Shown piece by piece: positions 55,798-64,000 of a stretch of DNA of 64,000 nucleotides. The notes beneath the pieces are model-generated. The model did not search any database. It had not been told where the DNA came from and worked only from the letters and a program-made list of their open reading frames with translations. The position numbers and the translations under genes were made by a program. Source of the DNA: Octopus vulgaris. Its lineage: Eukaryota. The DNA lies in NCBI GenBank assembly GCA_951406725.2, contig OX597818.1, positions 34,100,001 to 34,164,000 of the forward strand, written 5' to 3'. Position 1 is the first letter of the stretch, and each line of letters starts with the position of its first letter.

Positions 55798-56348
55798 CAT
55801 GCTTATAGAGGAAGGTCCGCAAATTTTTGTTTCATAACAACCCTAATTGTGAATATAGCATAAAAATCACAAGTGAGATTTGCAATGAAATTTGTTCCTA
55901 CACTGAGCTGCAGAAAGAGATGATGTACTATAACCGTGAAACACTCTTGGATAAGTTCTTCGTCCCTCTATTCCATATTGAAGATGCTGAACTGCAAGGC
56001 AGAATATACTGTCTTTCACTCTTCCAGTAACTTTCTTCCTGCCACCATCCCTTACACAATAGTCAACATCTTTTGTGGCAAAATCATATCATATTACGAT
56101 ATCAAGATTCTTTTTTGTTCCTTATTGTATTTCTCCTCCAATGTGGCGCCGGCGTAGCTCTGTGGTTATAAGTTAGCTTCTTATCATGTTTCTGAGTTCA
56201 GTCTTGCTGCATGGAACAATGGGCAGATGTCTTCTACTATGGCCTTCGGGCTGACTAGAGCCTTGTGGGTGGATTTGGTAAATTGATATTGAAAAGAAGC
56301 CCGTCACAAGTGTATGAGTATGGGTGTATGTGTATATATATATGTGTG

Positions 56349-56583
56349 CTGGCAGAAACGAGCTGGCAGAAACGTTAACGTGCCGGGCAAAATGCTTAGC
56401 AGTATTTCGTGTGTCGTTACGTTCTGAGTTCAAATTCCGCCGAGGTTAACTTTGCCTTTCATCCTTTCGGGGTCGATAAATAAAGTACCAGTTTCGCACT
56501 GGGTCGATGTAATCGACTTAACCCCTTTGTCTGTCCTTGTTTGTCCCCCTCTGTGTTTAGCTCCTTGTGGGCAATAAAGAAAT
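56349..56583 (+). mobile_element. SINE family A inserted in a family C SINE (about 56140-56720)
   Basis: Consensus match; family C halves lie on either side. Confidence 0.82.
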
Positions 56584-56832
56584 ATATATATGTGTGTGTG
56601 TGTTTATGAGTGCGCGTATATGTTTGTGTGTACCTTTGTGTCTATATTTTGTCCCCACCACTTCTTGTCAGCTTGTGTTAGTGCGTTTATGTCACCGTAA
56701 CTTTGCGATTCGGCAAAAGAAATCAATAGAATACTTGCTTTATAACATGAATTTCAACGTGAAAATAAATTTTGCGTTACGGAATTCCACCTTACAATAT
56801 TATTTTCAAGAACTTTGAGCTTTTATAATGCG

Positions 56833-56861
<29 letters not shown>

Positions 56862-56863
<2 letters not shown>

Positions 56864-57197
56864 AAGGCGCATGGCTCAGTGGTTAGAACGTCGAGCTTAC
56901 GATCGGAGGTTGTGAGTTCGAATCACAGACCAGGCTGCATATTGTGTTCTTGAGCAAGACACTTTATTTCACGTTGCTCAAGAACACTCAGCTGTAGAAA
57001 TGAGTTGCGACGTCACAGGTGCCAAGTTGTATAGGCCTTTGCTTTTCCCTTGGAGAACACTTATATACAAATAACACTTATAAACAGATAACATGGCCGA
57101 CTGCTGCTCTTCCATAAACATCATTGCCGGACTTGTGCCTGGGAGGGTAACTTTCTAGGTGCGATCCCACGGTCAGTCATGACCGAAGGGGGTCTCA
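56862..57197 (+). mobile_element. SINE family B
   Basis: GGCGCATGGCTCAGTGGTTAG...GAGTTCGAATC...GAGCAAGACACTTTATTTCAC. Confidence 0.85.
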
Positions 57198-57619
57198 GCA
57201 TATATATAAACGCCAAAACTAATTTCTGTGTATAATTGTGTCACACTTTGACCTCTCTCTCACTATTCAATAACATTTCTACTATTCCTCGTGGTGGGGT
57301 GAGTAATAGTAGGCATAGAGATGGTAGTAGATTGACGGTTGTGATGGTAATGGGGGTATAGTCATAGTATAAGCTGTAACTGTGATGATGATGGTGGTGG
57401 TAGTAGTGGTGGTGGTAGCTGAGGCAGTCAGGCATGACGGTGATAGCAGGCGATGTGAAAGACAGTGGGGATGATTGGTGGAAGGAAAAGCGGTGAAGTC
57501 AAAGGTATTGATGCTGGTGGCATCAGAAGTCTGAATGGTGAGAGTATAACAGCTGTGGGGGTGATGGTGGTGGCACTGGTGATGGTGATGGTTGAAAACA
57601 ATCAACAGAAAGAGAGGGA

Positions 57620-57685
<66 letters not shown>

Positions 57686-57831
57686 AAGAGGTTAGATAGA
57701 AAAAACAGAATTGTACTGATTTACGAATGGGAAGACAAAAAATGTTTATTATGCAGCTTCGCTATAAGTTGTAAGTCAATAAATTATATCATTGTTTTGA
57801 TGAAAATTGCACATTGCTTGAAAAACACACG

Positions 57832-57877
<46 letters not shown>

Positions 57878-57878
<1 letters not shown>

Positions 57879-58270
57879 TAGCAGTATCGCCCGGCGTTGC
57901 TCGGGTTTGTAAGGGAAATAATTATATAAGCATTTTTAGAGATGTAAAGTATAATAGCCATCTCAATATGGCTAACCACAAAGGGGGGTGTTACTGTAGC
58001 TTTTTACGTTCTGAGATTTAATAATAAATTTTTAGAGAGTTACTTCCCTTGTATATGCCAAAAATGCATTAAAAAATGGGAAAAATTGATGGTAATTTTT
58101 TTTTTTAATCTTAGACTCAGCGTAGACGCGCGCTAATACCCAGAAGGGCTCGATATGAATCACGACTATAAGATACCCGGTTTTGGTTAAACTGCACCGC
58201 AAAATGTGGGAGTAGTTAGGAATCTAAATCGTAGGAGACAGACAGCACACAACCTCTCTTTTATATATAA

Positions 58271-58273
<3 letters not shown>
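57878..58273 (-). mobile_element. Non-autonomous Helitron with the same termini
   Basis: Minus strand A|TCTTTATATATAAAAG...CCCGAGCAACGCCGGGCGATACTGCTAG|T, inserted in (TA)n. Confidence 0.82.
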
Positions 58274-58320
<47 letters not shown>

Positions 58321-58325
<5 letters not shown>

Positions 58326-58508
58326 GACCCAAAAGTAGATTTACAGTTGTCACGAAGGCACTTTAAATTTCTTTTAAAACATTTTATTACATTTAAATTT
58401 CTATCATTGAATAATGGCTTCATATTTTTCTAAAATTAAGATCTAAACTGTTAACATATGAAGGTGAAAGAGATAGTTGAATAATTGTAAACCTACATTT
58501 GGGGCCCT
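58321..58508. mobile_element. Small Tc1/mariner-type MITE
   Basis: Imperfect TIRs AGGGTGACCCAAAAGTAGATTTACAGTT and AATTGTAAACCTACATTTGGGGCCCT in TA context. Confidence 0.6.
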
Positions 58509-58892
58509 ATATGTGTGTGTGTGTGTGTATTATGTATAATGTAACTATACACGTTCTGTTGGCGATTTCCCTTTCTCCTTTCCGACGAAGAGCTATGCTT
58601 GAAATATCACACGTACTAATACACAGATACACATTCATACATATACACACGCATGCATATACGTACATTCATGCAACCAATATATGTGTCTGAGTGAGTG
58701 AGGGAGTAAGTGAGCGAGTAAGAGAGTGAGTGAGTCAGTGAGTGAGTGAGTGAGTGTATGTGAGCATGGATCAGTGCTACAGAATGGCATATACAGAGAT
58801 ACCAATGGATGCACGCACGCTTATATACAAATACAATGCGTCAGTATATATACATATTCACACATTCCTACACACATGTACACACACACACG

Positions 58893-58952
<60 letters not shown>

Positions 58953-59033
58953 CTAATGTAGGATAAAAAATTTTTCGGGAAAAAAAATTTATCAATGGCC
59001 AGCATATCAAAACATACATTTAAAGATTAAATT

Positions 59034-59227
59034 TATAAATAATTTACAAGATAAGGGCAAAAGAAAAATTCTAATGCCAAATATGCCGAAAAAAAGACAA
59101 AAAATGTCAATAACCATTATAATTTATGCGTCTCGAAACAAACTGCTAGAAATTTCTAAAAAACAGTAATAACGGCATATTTGGCATTAGAATTTTTCTT
59201 TTGCCCTTATCTTGTAAATTATTTATA
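59034..59227. repeat. Perfect 55-bp inverted repeat with an 84-bp spacer
   Basis: 59034-59088 is the exact reverse complement of 59173-59227. Confidence 0.92.
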
Positions 59228-59229
59228 TA

Positions 59230-59279
<50 letters not shown>

Positions 59280-59283
<4 letters not shown>

Positions 59284-59923
59284 TGCAGCGTGGAAGGTTT
59301 TTAAGCCATTTAAGAAACACACAAAAGCCGTTCGATTCACTTCAACATTTAAGTTTATTTTGTCAAAATATTTTCGTCGCTAAAATCCGCGACCTGTTCA
59401 CTGACAAAAATCCGTGCTGCATCTGAGAAAGTAACAGTTAGTTCGTCATATATATGTACGTATGTATGTGTGTATGTATGCATACATGTGTGTATGTATG
59501 TATGCATGTACGTACATACGCCTGTGTATGCATGTATGTATGTATGTATGTATGTATGTATGTATGTATGTATGTATGTATGTATGTATGTATGTATGTA
59601 TATATGTATGTGTGTGTATATGCACGCACATACACACTATAAACATAAAGCTATAAACCTGTAGCGATGGATAGATGTAGAGTGACCACTCATCACAATA
59701 ATATCAAATTTCAACTTCCCCGGCCGAAGCCTGGAAGTGATTTACGACCCTTACTCCCAAAACTATACCCTAAAACCTATTAAAAGATATTTATCTCTAT
59801 ATCACAGAACTTTTGTTTTACTATTGTGCGTATGTATGTAAATTAAACTTAAATGTTGAAGTGAATCGAACGGCTTTTGTGTGTTTCTTAAATGGCTTAT
59901 AAACACCTTCCACGCTGCAATTG
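59280..59923. repeat. Inverted pLTR-like repeat pair (59280-59356 and 59845-59923); the left arm continues into a hammerhead
   Basis: CAATTGCAGCGTGGAAGG...CAACATTTAAGTTT versus its reverse complement, with (TA)n outside both arms. Confidence 0.85.
59358..59409 (-). ncRNA. Minimal type I hammerhead ribozyme, G3:C8 core variant
   Basis: Minus strand TTTTGTCA-GTGAACA-G-GTCGC-GGATTTTA-GCGAC-GAAA-ATAT-TT/TGACAAAA: 8-bp stem I, 5-bp stem II, palindromic AATATT stem III. Confidence 0.75.
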
Positions 59924-59980
59924 TTTTCGTTTCAGCACACGATCTCAGATCAAATTACTTGCTATGCGAGTACATCTCCG

Positions 59981-60048
<68 letters not shown>

Positions 60049-60049
60049 G

Positions 60050-60264
60050 CTTTACTCTATTTACTCTTTTATTTGTTTCAGTCATTTGACTGCGGCCATG
60101 CTGGAGCACCGCCTTTAGTCGAGGAAATCGACCCCAGGACTTATTCTTTGTAAGCCTAGTACTTATTCTATCGGTCCCTTTTCCGCAACCGCTAAGTTAC
60201 GGGGACGTAAACACATCAGCGTCGGTTATCAAGCGGTGTTGGAGGGGGAGACAAACACAGACAC

Positions 60265-60300
<36 letters not shown>

Positions 60301-60358
60301 TACATATACATATAATATACATATATATATATATATAAATATAATATATATATACAAT

Positions 60359-60392
<34 letters not shown>

Positions 60393-60393
60393 A

Positions 60394-60448
<55 letters not shown>

Positions 60449-60602
60449 CATTTATAAGACGGGCTACCAAATCCACTCACAAGGCTTTGGTCGGCCCGAG
60501 TCTATAGAAGACGACACTTGCCCAAGGTGCCACGCAGTGGGACTGAACCCAGAACCATGTGGTTGCTAAGCAAGCTACTTACTACACAGCCACTCCTGCG
60601 CC
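60050..60602 (-). mobile_element. SINE family C, full length
   Basis: Complete tail (60050-60260), microsatellite and head (60457-60602). Confidence 0.87.
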
Positions 60603-60644
<42 letters not shown>

Positions 60645-60659
60645 AACGTGCGTAAATAC

Positions 60660-61141
60660 ATAACATAAACACATACATTCATACATATGTACATATATAC
60701 ATACATACATACATACATACATACATACATACATACACGCACGCATTCATACATACATACATACATACATACACACATACATACATACATACATACATAC
60801 ATACATGTATGCACACACGCATACGTACATGCACACATACATACATACATACATGCACGCATTCATACATACATACATACATGCATACATACATACATAC
60901 ATACATATATACATATATACATACATACATATATACATACATACATGCATGCACACACGCATACATGCACACATTCATACATACATACATACACACATAC
61001 ATACATATATACATACATGCACGCATTCATACATACATACATACATACATACATACATACATACATACATGCATGCATGCACACACGCATACGTACATGC
61101 ACACATACATACATACATACATGCACGCATTCATACACACA

Positions 61142-61174
<33 letters not shown>

Positions 61175-61331
61175 GCACACACGCATACATACATGCACAC
61201 ATACATACATACATACATGCACACATACATACATACATACATACATACATACATACATACATACATACATACATACATACATACATACATACATACACGC
61301 ACGCATTCATACATACATACATACATACATA
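60660..61331. repeat. (TACA)n array with recurring variant blocks
   Basis: GCACGCATTCATAC and GCACACACGCATAC recur several times among TACA units. Confidence 0.92.
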
Positions 61332-61667
61332 CCAGAATATACTACATATGTGAAGTATCACTCAGCTTTTCCATCCGCCTCTAGATAAATCCTGGATTAT
61401 CTTGAAACTTACTAAATTCGACATATTGGATGAAGAGACGGAATGACAGACAGACAGACATGCAGTCAGTCAGACAGTAAGGCAAGTGCTTAGACGGACG
61501 GCCTTAGTGATAGACGGATAGACAGAGGCAGACCGTGTAGGGTTTTTGAAAAGAAAACTCAGCATGATAAGGAAAGAGAACTGATGTGTTTGAAAGATGA
61601 GAGACGAGGAAAACTAAATATTTTACTTTCAAACTATTTGGCATCTCACACTAGATGTACATACATG

Positions 61668-61707
<40 letters not shown>

Positions 61708-61712
61708 CATAC

Positions 61713-61832
<120 letters not shown>

Positions 61833-61895
61833 ATTCAGGTTTACATATATATATGTATGTGTGCATGTGTGTGTGAATACTTTTATGTATGTATG

Positions 61896-61929
<34 letters not shown>

Positions 61930-62170
61930 TGTATGTATGTATGTATGTATGTATGTATGTATGTATGTGTGTGTGTGTGTCTACATACATGTATACATAC
62001 ATGCAAGAATATCTGTATGTATGTATGTTATGCTTTAGTTTTCTGATTAGAGTTATCTTGACTGACCACCTGCTCCGTGGCAAAGATCTAAAGAAAAGGT
62101 GAGTGTGTATGAGCGTGTGCGTATGTTTTGAGTATGTATGCGTACATATATATATATATATATATATATA

Positions 62171-62210
<40 letters not shown>

Positions 62211-62254
62211 CATTATTATCATTATTATTATTATTATTATTATTATCATTATTA

Positions 62255-62290
<36 letters not shown>

Positions 62291-62359
62291 TATACGCCCT
62301 TTTCAAGCCTAGGCCCGGTTTCTCGGTTTGTATGGCATATGTGTGTGTCCCCCCCCCCC

Positions 62360-62555
62360 CAGCGTTACTCAAGAAACAGGAAGAAAAAGTGAGAGAAAGT
62401 TGCGGCGAAAGGGGTCGCCACTACCCTCTGCCGGAGCCTCGTGGAGCGTTTTATGTGTTTTCGCTCAAACACACACAACGCCCGGTCTGGGAATCGAAAC
62501 TGCGATCCTCCGACCGCGAGTCCGCTGCCCTAACCACTGGGCCTTTGCTCCTCCA
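62360..62555 (-). mobile_element. SINE family B head fragment
   Basis: Matches 55600-55797. Confidence 0.75.
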
Positions 62556-63114
62556 CACACACAAACATATATATATATGTATGTACATATATATGTATAT
62601 ATGTATATGTATATGTACATACATACATACATACATACATACATACATACATACATACATACATACATACATACATACATACATACATACATACATACAT
62701 ACATACATACATGCATACATACATACGTAAATGTATATCCATTAACTGAGGTTCTGTTCCTTTCTTACTCTTTATGGAATTATTCATTCACTCTTTAAAA
62801 CATATCCGGCAGATTTTGTTGTCTTAGCGATACTGTTCAACTGTAGCGTATGACAAATGAAACCAAATTCTTTCTTCGATAATCTTAGTCCAGTCATACT
62901 TTGATCCAAGAGAATTCGTATATATTATTCTTCTCCAATGATAATAGATATAAAATTGAAAGTTTATTTTGGGTGCCAGTTCTGTAGTCTCCTAATTAAT
63001 GGCCCTACACGTGCCCACGGTGCCATGCAATGGAAGTGAACCTAGAACCATCTGGTTAGAAAGCAAGCTTTTTACTACACAGTCACGCCTGCCCTATATT
63101 GTGCATATAAGTTA

Positions 63115-63560
63115 AAGACCCCCATCGGTCACGAATGACCATGGGATTACACATAGAAAGTTACCCTCCAAAGCACATGTCCTGAGCAAGGACGTTTATG
63201 GAAGACCAGTACTAGCCTGGTGGTTGGTATGAAGACCAGTACTAGTCTGGTGGTTGGTATGAAGACCAGTACTAGCCTGGTGGTTGGTATGAAGACCAGT
63301 ACTAGTCTGGTGGTTGGTATGCATGGGCCATGCATACCAACCACCCTTTTCCGTGCCACCGATGTTATCCAAGGGAAAGGCAAAGGCCGGTACAGCTTGG
63401 CACTAGTGACGTTGCAGCTCATTTCTACGGCTGAGTGAACTGGGGCATAGGAGAGGATAAATAAAAATCTTGCTCAAGAAAATAACACAGCCCGGTCCGG
63501 GAATCGAACTCACTACCACGTAATTGTGAGCCCGACGCTCTAACCACTGAGCCATGCGCC
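63115..63560 (-). mobile_element. SINE family B containing an internal 30-bp minisatellite
   Basis: Minus-strand head GGCGCATGGCTCAGTGGTTAGAGCGTCGGGC; tail like the 56862 copy. Confidence 0.82.
63201..63321. repeat. 4 x 30-bp minisatellite
   Basis: GAAGACCAGTACTAG(C/T)CTGGTGGTTGGTAT at 63201, 63231, 63261 and 63291. Confidence 0.95.
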
Positions 63561-64000
63561 ATATCAGCAGTCATATTCGCGAAACCCTATGAGTTAGGCA
63601 GTATCGGCAATGTCACACTAAATAACTTGCTGTGAGCAACTTCGTCATCCTTCTAATCAGGGCTGGGATGAATGAAATAAGTAGCAGCCAGCAATTGTTA
63701 CCTCCACTAAAATGTGTACCATCGTATCTATGTTGGAAAATAATATTTCCCCAAACATTTCTTACAAATGATTTCATACTTTGTTTTAAGAGGTTCTTCG
63801 GTCGATACTTGATTAGGCACAGTGGGTCAGACAAAGATGAAACAGCGGGGAGTTGTAGTCTGTCAAACACAAATGAATCAAAATAAACGTCTCTATTTCT
63901 GTGTGAATGTGCGTGTGCCCGCGTGTGTATTTGTGCGTATATACAGTAAAAATTATGGTCATCTATTATCTATCACGCCTTGCTGCTGCTCCTCTCTGTG

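Noticed and set aside
63201-63321. 30-bp repeats as a CRISPR array
   Set aside because: Units are contiguous with no spacers, inside a SINE in eukaryotic DNA.

Overview
Eukaryotic, AT-rich, repeat-saturated DNA that looks intergenic or intronic. The three abundant tRNA-derived SINE families, dense (TA)n/(TACA)n/(GATA)n/(AAT)n tracts and Penelope-like remnants suggest an octopus (coleoid cephalopod) genome; this is inference. No intact host protein-coding gene is supportable, and most ORFs in the track are microsatellite artefacts. Recognisable coding remnants all derive from transposons: Penelope-like GIY-YIG (Naiad-like and Neptune-like), R4/Dong endonuclease, RTE and CR1/L2 reverse transcriptase, an ORF1-only LINE-like element, Gypsy gag and mariner transposases. 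MITEs and two non-autonomous Helitrons are also present. The main discovery is a young, non-coding 362-bp tandem array with an inverted copy (13601-14878) inserted in (TA)n. Each full unit carries a minimal type I hammerhead ribozyme with a covariant U3:A8 core at the tip of a long rod-like fold, i.e. a retrozyme-like element predicted to make self-cleaving, possibly circular, RNAs. Other hammerhead-like motifs in the window use C3:G8, U3:A8 and G3:C8 cores and mostly sit in repeats next to (TA)n. All structures were folded by eye; nothing was computed or searched.
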